A stretch of 22,823 nucleotides of DNA from an uncultured Methanosarcinales archaeon (GTDB taxonomy: Archaea; Nanobdellota; Nanobdellia; Woesearchaeales; GW2011-AR9): NCBI GenBank assembly GCA_964344235.1, contig CAYFMJ010000012.1, positions 1-22,823 on the forward strand, written 5' to 3'. The stretch's first letter is position 1. Every line of letters begins with the position of its first letter. A program made the position numbers and the translations under genes. Positions 1-8,482 of this stretch are shown in pieces. Below the pieces are notes generated by a model. The model made no database searches and was not told the DNA's origin. It saw only the letters and a list, made by a program, of their open reading frames with translations.

Positions 1-51
1 CTAAGAAATGTGTAGTAGTTTCGTGTTGTGTAGCAGTTTCGGGATATTAGA
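1..51. repeat. Left copy of 51-bp terminal inverted repeat
   Basis: 1..51 is the exact reverse complement of 22771..22821. It contains a near-tandem 15-mer, tgtgtagtagtttcg (9..23) and tgtgtagcagtttcg (27..41). Confidence 0.97.
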
Positions 52-127
52 GTAGAGAAAGAGTGGTTTATTGACGGGAAAATATTTATCGGGCAGAAAT
101 ATTGACTGGAAAAGCAATATACAAGAA

Positions 128-235
128 TTAATTTGATTGAATCCGACGTCTACGTTTAGCCTTTTTCATCTTTTTACGTTGCCATTTCCAACGCATTTGG
201 CCTTTTTTCTTCCATCGACGTGAACTTCGTTTCAT
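128..235 (-). CDS. rpl41e: Ribosomal protein eL41 (eS32), archaeal form, 35 aa
   Basis: Hand translation MKRSSRRWKKKGQMRWKWQRKKMKKAKRRRRIQSN. WKKKGxMRWKW matches archaeal L41e as recalled. Below the ORF-track size cutoff. Confidence 0.88.
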   Translation of the reverse strand: MKRSSRRWKKKGQMRWKWQRKKMKKAKRRRRIQSN

Positions 236-259
236 GTTTTCGTAATGGATTGTGATTGT

Positions 260-267
260 TTTATAAA
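260..267 (-). promoter_or_regulatory. Putative TATA box for rpl41e
   Basis: TTTATAAA 25-32 nt upstream of the ATG at 235, typical spacing for a near-leaderless archaeal transcript. Confidence 0.5.
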
Positions 268-275
268 TATTTCTA

Positions 276-809
276 TCAAACGGAGATGATTACGAAAATT
301 CTTTTGTGATTTTGGGCTTTGTTGTTGATGTATTTGACAAATCGTTGCGTATTATTGCGTTTGACAATTGTTACGGTGTTCTGTTGTATTGGAATTTTCG
401 TGTAGTCCTCTGAATTGTTTGTGTAAATAATCGAACCACCCCATGCTTCGTTCCAGTTTTCTGTAATGTCGAGAATAATATCAACGCCAGGTGGTTGTGT
501 TGTGGTGTCATTTAGGATTATGTAATCTTTATGTTTGAATTGGAGAAGGGTTTGTTTGGGGGAGTTTATTTTTTTGTTTATGATAATAGAAACGAATTTG
601 AAAAGATTGTCAGGAAGAATTGAAGTTTCTGCTTTGGCGTAGGAATGAGTGAGCGGATTTTTTTCGTGTTGTAATTTTGTTTTTGTCGCCGTGTCTTTTA
701 TGACATTATAGGATTCTTCATCAAAGAAATCAAAAAGGACAACATGGCCATCCGTGGAGAAAGCTTGTTGTATGTGTTCAATGTTTTTGTTGTAATAATC
801 ATTAATCAT
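276..809 (-). CDS. Degenerate 2OG-oxygenase-fold protein resembling the OGFOD1/Tpa1/Ofd1 C-terminal domain
   Basis: Start placed at ATG 809 (SD-like GGTGG upstream, 8-nt overlap with the upstream gene). Blocks FKHKDYIILND, DIILDITENWNEAWGGSIIY and NTVTIVKRNNTQRFVKYIN parallel the recalled OGFOD1 C-domain. No HxD...H triad. Confidence 0.75.
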   Translation of the reverse strand: MINDYYNKNIEHIQQAFSTDGHVVLFDFFDEESYNVIKDTATKTKLQHEKNPLTHSYAKAETSILPDNLFKFVSIIINKKINSPKQTLLQFKHKDYIILNDTTTQPPGVDIILDITENWNEAWGGSIIYTNNSEDYTKIPIQQNTVTIVKRNNTQRFVKYINNKAQNHKRIFVIISV

Positions 810-1371
810 GGTAAAACCACCCAGTGAGTGCAATTCTATCTGTGTTTGTAAGGACTTCTTCTACTTCGTGAAATGATTGCGGTGTAACTTTGAAGAAGAC
901 AAGGGTGCTACGTTGTGGTTGGACTCTCTTGTTTATTGTTGTTGGCATGTTGTTGTTTGAATTATATAATGTAAGTGCACCGCCACCGGATTGTTTCAGG
1001 GTTGAGAGATAGAAAATGAACGCGACTGCTCGACTTTCAAGTTGATCGTCGTGTGGGAGAAGGTAATGAGTATTTTTGTAGATATTACCAAAGAGGTCTA
1101 ACTTTGTTGGGGAAAGTTTTGTGTTTGTATGTTGTTCTATTAATTGGATAAATTCTAGCGAGAGTAATGTTTCTTTAATTGTTTGAAATTCTTTGACGTT
1201 GTTAAGGTCTTTCGTTTGTAAAAAAGTAAAGAGGTCAGAATTGAGGAGGGTAAAAGATTGTTGTTGTAATGAAGCGAGTAAATGTTTGACATTTGCTTCT
1301 GGGAGAAAGTCTTTGATGACTCCATGGAGGAAAGGTTTTTTGTAAAGTTTTATTTCTTTTGAAAAGTCCAT
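802..1371 (-). CDS. 2OG-Fe(II) prolyl hydroxylase, OGFOD1/Tpa1 catalytic-domain-like
   Basis: H107-x-D109...H168 metal triad and R179. Blocks PFLHGVIKDF, SDLFTFLQTKDL, LLPHDDQLESRAVAFIFYL, GGALTLY, LVFFKVTPQSFHEVEEVL and RIALTGWF. Confidence 0.88.
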   Translation of the reverse strand: MDFSKEIKLYKKPFLHGVIKDFLPEANVKHLLASLQQQSFTLLNSDLFTFLQTKDLNNVKEFQTIKETLLSLEFIQLIEQHTNTKLSPTKLDLFGNIYKNTHYLLPHDDQLESRAVAFIFYLSTLKQSGGGALTLYNSNNNMPTTINKRVQPQRSTLVFFKVTPQSFHEVEEVLTNTDRIALTGWFYHD

Positions 1372-1444
1372 AATCTTTCTTTTGTCTAGTACTATAAAAC
1401 TTTTTCCTGCATAAGTATTTATAGAAAATCTTTATCGAAAGAGC

Positions 1445-1918
1445 ATGTTATTAACTGATCTGTTAAACTACCACGCTCATTTGCGGGGAAGACTGAGTAG
1501 TAGAGAAGTTCACAAAGGCCTAGAACATGGAAGATTATATTGTACTGAAAAAAATCTCAGGAGTATTATCGAAAGCAGAGTTAAAGAGGACTTTAGGCGA
1601 TATTTAAGAGAGCATTTCTCGCCACCAGAGGGAGTAAATGAATGTATTCAGGATATTTCTGTGAGTTATCGTATAGTTGAGGTTGTCCCCTATGTGGCAA
1701 TTTCTGTTTTCTGTATTGACCAGGCGCTTATTAAGGCAGATAAAGGTAGGAGAGCTATTCTGAAGGAGAGGCAATTCCCAAACTATTTATGTTGGATTCC
1801 AAAATTCGCGGAAGGTTATCCTTTAAGGGTAGGGTTTAAAGCTCTTTTTTACGGAGGGAAGGCAGAAGATTTGCCAGAAGATGACTCGGGGGATCCATAT
1901 ATTGGAGCTGACGTGTAG
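1445..1918 (+). CDS. Hypothetical protein, 157 aa
   Basis: ATG-led ORF filling the gap between genes. No recognised motif. Confidence 0.65.
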   Translation: MLLTDLLNYHAHLRGRLSSREVHKGLEHGRLYCTEKNLRSIIESRVKEDFRRYLREHFSPPEGVNECIQDISVSYRIVEVVPYVAISVFCIDQALIKADKGRRAILKERQFPNYLCWIPKFAEGYPLRVGFKALFYGGKAEDLPEDDSGDPYIGADV

Positions 1919-1919
1919 T

Positions 1920-2402
1920 TCAATAAATCACTGCAACCACGACACCAACAATCTGATCGAAGTAAACTTTCTGAGTATCAGGATAATTGTTATTATCGCC
2001 CTTTACAGTGAAGTAAATTCCGTTTTTGTCTACGTTCTTTTCAATGACTCTATGGATGACTATGCCAATATTTGTTTGGTATGAAATAACATCCCCCACA
2101 TTAATCTGGTCTGCGGAGGTGGGGAGAATTTCAATAGCATGGGAGGTTTCGTCAATAAACGGATCCATGGAATTTGTGTTGGTAAACGTTGCCCATGTCG
2201 TATTTGGGATATCGAGAATTACTCTTTTTTCATAGACAGTAATTTGATCTTCCTGAATCCAATCGCTAGGTGAGGAGCGTTCTATCGCCGTGTTCCAGGA
2301 GAAAGGGATTTGATTTTGGTTCTGTAATGTGAGGAGACTAATGGAGGAAAGAGTGATTAGAACTAGAATAATAATTACTATTTTTGTAAACCACCCACCC
2401 AT
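1920..2402 (-). CDS. Signal peptidase I, S26 family (Sec11/SipW Ser-His type)
   Basis: N-terminal TM helix, NSMDP (catalytic Ser), GDVIS, VIHRV (His), KGDNN. Start moved to ATG 2402, which has an upstream TATA. Confidence 0.82.
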   Translation of the reverse strand: MGGWFTKIVIIILVLITLSSISLLTLQNQNQIPFSWNTAIERSSPSDWIQEDQITVYEKRVILDIPNTTWATFTNTNSMDPFIDETSHAIEILPTSADQINVGDVISYQTNIGIVIHRVIEKNVDKNGIYFTVKGDNNNYPDTQKVYFDQIVGVVVAVIY

Positions 2403-2421
2403 GGTTTTTTTGTAGAGAATG

Positions 2422-2464
2422 TATATATAATGATTTGTGGTATGGGGAGGATAATCTTTAAATA
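2422..2464. promoter_or_regulatory. Divergent promoter region with two TATA-like boxes
   Basis: TATATATA at 2422..2429 lies 20-27 nt upstream of the peptidase ATG. TTTAAATA at 2457..2464 lies 22-29 nt upstream of the lig ATG. Confidence 0.5.
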
Positions 2465-2485
2465 CATTCAAACTTCTCTCTTTCT

Positions 2486-4189
2486 ATGGATTTTGCTCAA
2501 TTGGTTGAGGTGTATGAAGAGTTAGAGAAAACAGCTTCTGGGAATAAAATTAGAGAGGTTTTATCTGAGTTTTTTAAAACCGTCCCAAAGGAAGATATTG
2601 GGTTAGTTGCGTATTTGACGCTTGGAAAAGTTGCTTCCGATTATGAAAGTGTTGTCTTGGGGTTAGCGGAGAAGTCCGTGATGAAAGCGATCGCTAAGAC
2701 CGCTGGGGTTTCTGAGAAAAAAATTAGAGAGTTAGTTCATAAGAAAGGAGATGCAGGTTTAGCAGCGGAAGAGGTGTTGAAGAAAAAACCAGTTACATTA
2801 GTTCCAGTAGGGAAGTTAACAATCCATGATTTATTTGATACACTCCACAAGATTGCAAAGACTTCTGGGAGTGGTTCGCAGGAAAAGAAAGAGAATTTGT
2901 TGGTATCAGTTCTACAAAAAACGTCAGGGAGTGGTGCTCGTTATGTTGTAAGAATTGCCCTTGGTACATTACGAATGGGAGTGGCGGAGATGAGTGTGAT
3001 TGATTCGTTAGCAATTGCGTTTACCGGTGAGAAGAGTAACAAGAAGTTGTTAGAGCGAGCGTATAATATTTGTCCAGATGTGGGGGAGATTGCTACAGTG
3101 CTGGCAAAGAAAGGTTTGAAAGGGTTGGAGAAGATCGAGGTAGAAGTTGGTAGGCCAATTCGAATGATGTTGGCGCAACGTGTACAGGAGTTGGAAGATG
3201 TGCAGAAAAAAATGCCAGGAGAAGTAAGTGTGGAAGGGAAATACGATGGTGAGAGAGTGCAGATTCACAAGATGAAGAATGGAGAAGTCATGTTATTCTC
3301 CCGACGGTTAGATCAAACAACAGCGCAGTTTCCAGATTTAGTGGATCATGTGAAGAAGCATGTAAAGGCAAAGGAGTTTGTGATTGAGGGGGAGATTTTA
3401 GCGATTGATGAAAAAGGGAACCCACTACCATTCCAGACATTAATGCAACGACGTCGGAAACATGATGTTGAGAAATATGTCCAAGAAGTGCCGATTCAGT
3501 TGAAAGCGTTTGACTTATTATTTGTTGATGGCAAATCGTTTATCCATGAACCGTATGAAAAACGGATAGCGAAGTTGCGCAAGATTGTCAAAGAAGGAGA
3601 GGGAGTGTTGTTAGCTGATGAGATTGTAACAGATGATGTGGAGAAGATTGATGAGTTCTTCCATTCGATGTTAGATCATGGTTATGAGGGTATTATGATT
3701 AAGAACTTACAGGGAGAGTATCAGGCTGGAACACGAGGGTGGAATTGGATTAAGTGGAAGAAAGAATATGTGCAAGATATGAGCGATACATTTGATCTTG
3801 CAATTGTCGGAGCGTTTTATGGTAGAGGTAGGAGGAGTGGAGGATATGGTGCGTTGTTATGTGCATGTTATGATTCTGTTAATGAGAAATTTGTGACAGT
3901 ATGTAAATTAGGTACTGGTTTCACGGACGAGATGCTTGCAGGGTTAGGGAAGAAGTTGGATTCGTGTAAGGTAAAGGTGAGACCGAAGAATGTGGATTGT
4001 AAAAAGGAGATGACGCCAGATGTATGGTTCTCGCCGGAAGTTGTGGCAGAAGTGTTAGCTGCAGAGATTACCAAAAGTCCATATCATACTGCAGGTGTGG
4101 CGTTACGGTTTCCACGATTTGTAAAGTTTCGAGATGATAAGAGTGCAGAGCAAGCAACGACGTTACAAGAAGTGAGGGAGATAGTATGA
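2486..4189 (+). CDS. lig: ATP-dependent DNA ligase, archaeal type
   Basis: Motif I EGKYDGER, then EGEIL, AFDLL, EGIMIK, WIKWK, LRFPRF. 567 aa. Confidence 0.97.
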   Translation: MDFAQLVEVYEELEKTASGNKIREVLSEFFKTVPKEDIGLVAYLTLGKVASDYESVVLGLAEKSVMKAIAKTAGVSEKKIRELVHKKGDAGLAAEEVLKKKPVTLVPVGKLTIHDLFDTLHKIAKTSGSGSQEKKENLLVSVLQKTSGSGARYVVRIALGTLRMGVAEMSVIDSLAIAFTGEKSNKKLLERAYNICPDVGEIATVLAKKGLKGLEKIEVEVGRPIRMMLAQRVQELEDVQKKMPGEVSVEGKYDGERVQIHKMKNGEVMLFSRRLDQTTAQFPDLVDHVKKHVKAKEFVIEGEILAIDEKGNPLPFQTLMQRRRKHDVEKYVQEVPIQLKAFDLLFVDGKSFIHEPYEKRIAKLRKIVKEGEGVLLADEIVTDDVEKIDEFFHSMLDHGYEGIMIKNLQGEYQAGTRGWNWIKWKKEYVQDMSDTFDLAIVGAFYGRGRRSGGYGALLCACYDSVNEKFVTVCKLGTGFTDEMLAGLGKKLDSCKVKVRPKNVDCKKEMTPDVWFSPEVVAEVLAAEITKSPYHTAGVALRFPRFVKFRDDKSAEQATTLQEVREIV

Positions 4190-4536
4190 GAACGGTTATT
4201 CTTTTAGTGGTTATATTGGGTGTTTTATTGAGTGGGTGTGGTAATGAGTTAGTGGCATGCACAGAGGATGCGAAAATATGTAGTGATGGTAGTGTGTTAG
4301 TGCGGGAAGGTGTTGATTGTACATTTCCAGATTGTCCCGATGAACATACGTGTTTAGATGCTGAGAGAGAAGTGGATGCGTGTCCAGAGATATATCAGCC
4401 AGTCTGTGGTTGGTTTAATGAAGAGGTTAAATGTGTAACGTATCCTTGTGCAGCAACGTATAGCAACGGTTGTTTTGCATGTCAGAATGAAGAGGTTAAG
4501 AGGTGGACGGAAGGAGAATGTCCGGAAATAAGGTAA
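4186..4536 (+). CDS. Cys-rich lipoprotein with a Kazal-like module
   Basis: Signal peptide with lipobox LSGC. CTEDAKICSDGS...CTFPDCP module followed by CPEIYQPVCG...TYSNGCFAC. ATGA overlap with lig. Confidence 0.75.
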   Translation: MRTVILLVVILGVLLSGCGNELVACTEDAKICSDGSVLVREGVDCTFPDCPDEHTCLDAEREVDACPEIYQPVCGWFNEEVKCVTYPCAATYSNGCFACQNEEVKRWTEGECPEIR

Positions 4537-4547
4537 AAAAGAAAAAA

Positions 4548-4883
4548 TTAGTTGGTGTCGTAAGGGTGTAGTCTTATTCTTCGACCTTCATACAGTAAAG
4601 ATGAACCATCAACAGATGCTCCTTCAGCTAAAAATCTTTCCTGAACTGCATCAACTTCTCTGGTAGGTACACGAATAAGAGCCCCAGTAACAGCATATGA
4701 AGTACCGAACATAGAAGAAAGCGTTCCACTCAAGTAAACTTGTTCTTCACTGACCCCTACAATTTGCGCCAAGTCTCTTTGAACACTATCTTGGTGGTCT
4801 AGTGAGCGACCTATCCTTTGTCGTTCAGCCATCATTCCCGCAGTTGTACCGTGGCCAGCCAACGTTGTTTGTAATCCTGTCAT
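4548..4883 (-). CDS. Hypothetical protein, 111 aa
   Basis: ATG-led ORF with SD-like GGAGG upstream. No recognised motif. Confidence 0.6.
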   Translation of the reverse strand: MTGLQTTLAGHGTTAGMMAERQRIGRSLDHQDSVQRDLAQIVGVSEEQVYLSGTLSSMFGTSYAVTGALIRVPTREVDAVQERFLAEGASVDGSSLLYEGRRIRLHPYDTN

Positions 4884-5002
4884 TTTATTATAATCCTCCG
4901 ATTCTTGTGAATCTTTTGACGTTTCAATGGTTTGTTTATAAGTCTTTCGTTTTTAGTGAGTGGTGACAAAGTAATAAATAGGGTTTTTGTGTTTATTTTC
5001 AT

Positions 5003-5584
5003 ATGCCTGCAAAAAAGAGTGGTATGGAAGCGCAATTACAGAAGATTTCTCGCAGATTAGGGAAGATTGAACGAGAGTTAAGCACGATTGAAAGAGTGGA
5101 GAAGAAAGTAGAAGCGGAAGAGCGGTTAGAGTTGAAAAAGCAGGAAGAGATTAGGAAAGAAGAGAGAAAGATTGAAAGGGCATTGTTTACGTTAGGGAAA
5201 TTTACATTCAAGAGAAAACACTTATTGGAATTAATTCGAGGAACAGCAGGAGCATTTCTGGGAGTAGGATTGGGAAAGAGTCTATTGAGCTTTTCGGGAT
5301 TAGCAGAAACGTTACCGTGGTGGAATATTATTGGTATTTTCATATTTATTCTGGTCGTGTCTACATTATTGATTTACAAGAATGAGCATGATTACGTGCA
5401 GAAAGAGGGTATAAGCGTTGTGTGGAAGAAGTTGTTATTCTTGTATATCATTGCGTTTGTTGTAGAGTTCTTCGCGCTGTGGTTGTTTGGCGGGATTCCT
5501 GGATCTGGCGTGATATTAGCGAAGATGATGATTATTGGTTCCTATCCAGCGATGGCAGGAGCAGTGAGTTTTAGTATTATTTAA
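5003..5584 (+). CDS. Membrane protein with N-terminal coiled coil (possibly DUF2391-like)
   Basis: Charged heptad N-terminus followed by about four hydrophobic segments. The family guess is weak. Confidence 0.7.
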   Translation: MPAKKSGMEAQLQKISRRLGKIERELSTIERVEKKVEAEERLELKKQEEIRKEERKIERALFTLGKFTFKRKHLLELIRGTAGAFLGVGLGKSLLSFSGLAETLPWWNIIGIFIFILVVSTLLIYKNEHDYVQKEGISVVWKKLLFLYIIAFVVEFFALWLFGGIPGSGVILAKMMIIGSYPAMAGAVSFSII

Positions 5585-5637
5585 GGCTGGGCGTTTTATT
5601 TAGATAATTTTAAGAAGAAACTTCATTTTTATTTTCT

Positions 5638-7467
5638 ATGTCTTTTGAAAAGCTTGGATTGAAGTGTGGTATTGAAATTCATCAGCAGTTAGAGGGTAGA
5701 AAGTTGTTTTCTCACACACCGACATTAATTCGAGATGATGAGCCAGATTACAAAGTTGTTCGGAGTCTAAGGGCGTCAGCAGGAGAATCGGGAAAAGTTG
5801 ACGTTGCAGCGGCACAAGAGCAAGCCAGAGGTAAGCGGTTTGTGTATGAAGGATATCATGATTCTATTTCGTTAGTTGAGTTAGATGAAGAACCACCGCA
5901 TGCGATGAGTGGAGATGCATTATACACATCGTTACAATTTTGTACACTTGCTGGATCGGTTGTATCTCCGGTTGTACAAGTAATGCGGAAGACTGTTGTA
6001 GATGGTTCAAATACATCCGGTTTTCAGCGAACTGCGTTAGTTGGTAGAGGGGGGAAGATTGAAACATCAGAAGGAGATGTGCGAATTGCTAACGTGTCGG
6101 TAGAAGAAGATGCGTGTCGGATTATTTCGGAAAGTGCCGAGGAGAAAGTGTATCGTTTGGATCGGTTAGGCATTCCGTTAATTGAAATTGGAACAGAACC
6201 AGATATTAAAACGCCGGAACAATGCCAGGAAGCGGCAAAGAAAATTGGGATGTTGTTGCGTTCGTTGTCAGGTGTAAAGCGTGGATTGGGAACAATCAGA
6301 CAAGATGTTAATGTGTCAATTATTGGAGGTACGCGAATTGAGATTAAAGGAGCACAGGATTTGAAGATGATTCCAACATTAGTCTCGTTGGAAGCAAAAC
6401 GACAGGAGGAGTTATTGAAGATTAAAAAAGAGTTGTATCACCATAGATTGAATGATTTTGAAGTGTTTGATTTAACCGTTTTATTACAGGATTGTGAGTC
6501 AAAGCGGGTTGTTGAAACGATTGGTAATGGCGGGAAAGTGTTAGGAATAAAGTTGCATGGATTTGCGGGAATGGTTGGCAGGGAATTACAACCAGGTTAT
6601 AGAGTTGGTACGGAATTTTCTGGCAGAGCAAAGGTGAAAGCAGGCGTCGGAGGAATTTTCCATTCTGATGAATTACCGAATTATGGGATTACAGAGAAAG
6701 AAGTGAAGTTAATTCGGAAGAAATTGAAGTGTACGTTGGAAGATGCGTTTGTGTTAGTGGTTGCTTCAGAGGAAAGAGGTAGGGTCGCTTTGGAAGCGGT
6801 GCATGAACGAGCTAAAGAATTGTTTAAGGGAGTTCCAAAAGAAGTGAGGAAAGCAAATGCCGATGGGACAACGTCATACATGCGGCCAATGCCGGGAGCT
6901 GCACGAATGTATCCGGAAACGGATGTGCCGTTAGTTGAGCCGGATGTTAGTAGTGTGGAGGTTCCAGAGTTGTTAGAAGAGAAGCAAAAACGGTTTGTAA
7001 AAGAGTATGGGTTAAGTAATGATTTAGCAGCGTTTATTGTAAAGTCGGATAAAGTGATGTGGTTTGAAGAATTTGTTCAAAAATTTCCGAAGATAAAAGC
7101 AGCGTTTATTGCGGATGTGTTAACAGGGATGTTGTTAGAGATTAAACGGAAGTATAGTGTGGATGCCGGTGTTTTGGTAAAGGAAGATTTTGAGAAAGTG
7201 TTTGAATATTTAGCGCAGGATGTGATTCACAAAGATATCGTGTTAGATGTGTTGATTGACATGATTAAAGGAGAGTTTAATGTTGAGAAATATAAAGGTC
7301 TTAGCACTGAGGAGATTCATGCTGTGGTTAAAGAAGTTGTTTCTGCTCATAAAGGAGCGCCAATGGGAGCGTTAATGGGCATGTGTATGAGGAAGCTTGC
7401 TGGGAAGGCTAGCGGCAAAGTTATTTCTGAAAGTTTACGTGAGATTATGAAAGAAGGGCATGTGTAG
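5638..7467 (+). CDS. gatE: Glu-tRNA(Gln) amidotransferase subunit E
   Basis: GLKCGIEIHQQL, RKTVVDGSNTSGFQRT, LDRLGIPLIEIGT, GLGTIRQDVNVSI, RPMPGAARMYPETD, plus the GAD insertion. Confidence 0.97.
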   Translation: MSFEKLGLKCGIEIHQQLEGRKLFSHTPTLIRDDEPDYKVVRSLRASAGESGKVDVAAAQEQARGKRFVYEGYHDSISLVELDEEPPHAMSGDALYTSLQFCTLAGSVVSPVVQVMRKTVVDGSNTSGFQRTALVGRGGKIETSEGDVRIANVSVEEDACRIISESAEEKVYRLDRLGIPLIEIGTEPDIKTPEQCQEAAKKIGMLLRSLSGVKRGLGTIRQDVNVSIIGGTRIEIKGAQDLKMIPTLVSLEAKRQEELLKIKKELYHHRLNDFEVFDLTVLLQDCESKRVVETIGNGGKVLGIKLHGFAGMVGRELQPGYRVGTEFSGRAKVKAGVGGIFHSDELPNYGITEKEVKLIRKKLKCTLEDAFVLVVASEERGRVALEAVHERAKELFKGVPKEVRKANADGTTSYMRPMPGAARMYPETDVPLVEPDVSSVEVPELLEEKQKRFVKEYGLSNDLAAFIVKSDKVMWFEEFVQKFPKIKAAFIADVLTGMLLEIKRKYSVDAGVLVKEDFEKVFEYLAQDVIHKDIVLDVLIDMIKGEFNVEKYKGLSTEEIHAVVKEVVSAHKGAPMGALMGMCMRKLAGKASGKVISESLREIMKEGHV

Positions 7468-7932
7468 ATGGTGAGCGTTACCCAAAAAATTGTTGCGTTG
7501 TTGGATTCTAGTGGTGTTGATTATACTGTCAAGAAACATGCTGCTACTCCCACTTCAGAAGATTCTGCACGAGAAAGAGGTGAGCCTCTGAAAATAGGAG
7601 CGAAGGCATTACTGTTAAAGTGTAAAAAAGAGTTTGTGTTGGTTGTGTTACCAGCAGATAAGAGGTTAGAGATGAAAGCGTTGCGGAGAGTGTTGGGTTC
7701 TAGTAAGTTACGGTTTGCAACAGAAGAAGAGCTGAAAGAGTTGACTGGCCTAGAGAAAGGAGCTGTGCCGCCATTTGGGAATTTTCTAGGAATTGAAATG
7801 ATTGTAGATGCGAAATTATTTGATGAAGAGTGGATGGCGTTTAATGCAGGAAGTTTAACAATGTCTGTTAAGATGAAAGCGGCAGATTACAAGAGAGTTG
7901 TAGAACCAAGAGTGGAAGAGTTCTCCCTGTAG
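7468..7932 (+). CDS. YbaK/ProX (INS superfamily) aminoacyl-tRNA deacylase
   Basis: GAKALLLK, LRFATEEEL, GAVPPFG and FNAG motifs. Abuts the gatE stop codon. Confidence 0.88.
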   Translation: MVSVTQKIVALLDSSGVDYTVKKHAATPTSEDSARERGEPLKIGAKALLLKCKKEFVLVVLPADKRLEMKALRRVLGSSKLRFATEEELKELTGLEKGAVPPFGNFLGIEMIVDAKLFDEEWMAFNAGSLTMSVKMKAADYKRVVEPRVEEFSL

Positions 7933-7942
7933 TCACTAAAGA

Positions 7943-8452
7943 GTGATGTTTTCAGAAAGATTTATAAACAGAATAGGTTGTTTGAGATATATGGGATTAA
8001 TATATACTCCAAGGCGAGGACTAGATGCAGCAGTAGATTGCGCTCTAGATAGAGGGTATGTTTTCCGTGGGAACATTGTCCCGTTGGATAGGATAGACAC
8101 TGTGGCGAGAGGAACATTACCACATCAACGAAGTGCTCTACGTTATCTTAGAGGGATGCAGAGTGTTAGGCAAGAAGAACTACGAGAATTATATGAAGCA
8201 GCATGTAATCTTACAACGGTCTCTCCTGAAGTTGCGGCAAGGATCATTCAGAGAACAAGTGATGGAAGGAGTTTTCCAGCACTCCTACTTAAAGGTTATT
8301 TTGGTACCAAAGATCCAGAAGGAGCAACAGAGACACTTGAAGAAGGGTTTGGAATTCCCGGGTTTGGCCTCTACGAGCTACCTGTAGACATATCTGACTT
8401 TGCAACTATAACGTTTCAACCAGAGTCATATAGAGCCCAACCACAAGCATAG
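7943..8452 (+). CDS. Hypothetical protein, 169 aa
   Basis: ORF fills the gap between genes. No recognised motif. Confidence 0.6.
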   Translation: MMFSERFINRIGCLRYMGLIYTPRRGLDAAVDCALDRGYVFRGNIVPLDRIDTVARGTLPHQRSALRYLRGMQSVRQEELRELYEAACNLTTVSPEVAARIIQRTSDGRSFPALLLKGYFGTKDPEGATETLEEGFGIPGFGLYELPVDISDFATITFQPESYRAQPQA

Positions 8453-8482
8453 ATTTTTATTCTCTTGAATTCTTTACCGACA

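Noticed and set aside
9-41. CRISPR array from the 15-mer repeats
   Set aside because: Only two units with a 3-nt gap, no spacers and no cas genes.
2793-6881. Short antisense or alternate-frame ORFs inside lig, gatE and other genes
   Set aside because: They are shadows of strongly supported genes on the other strand or frame.
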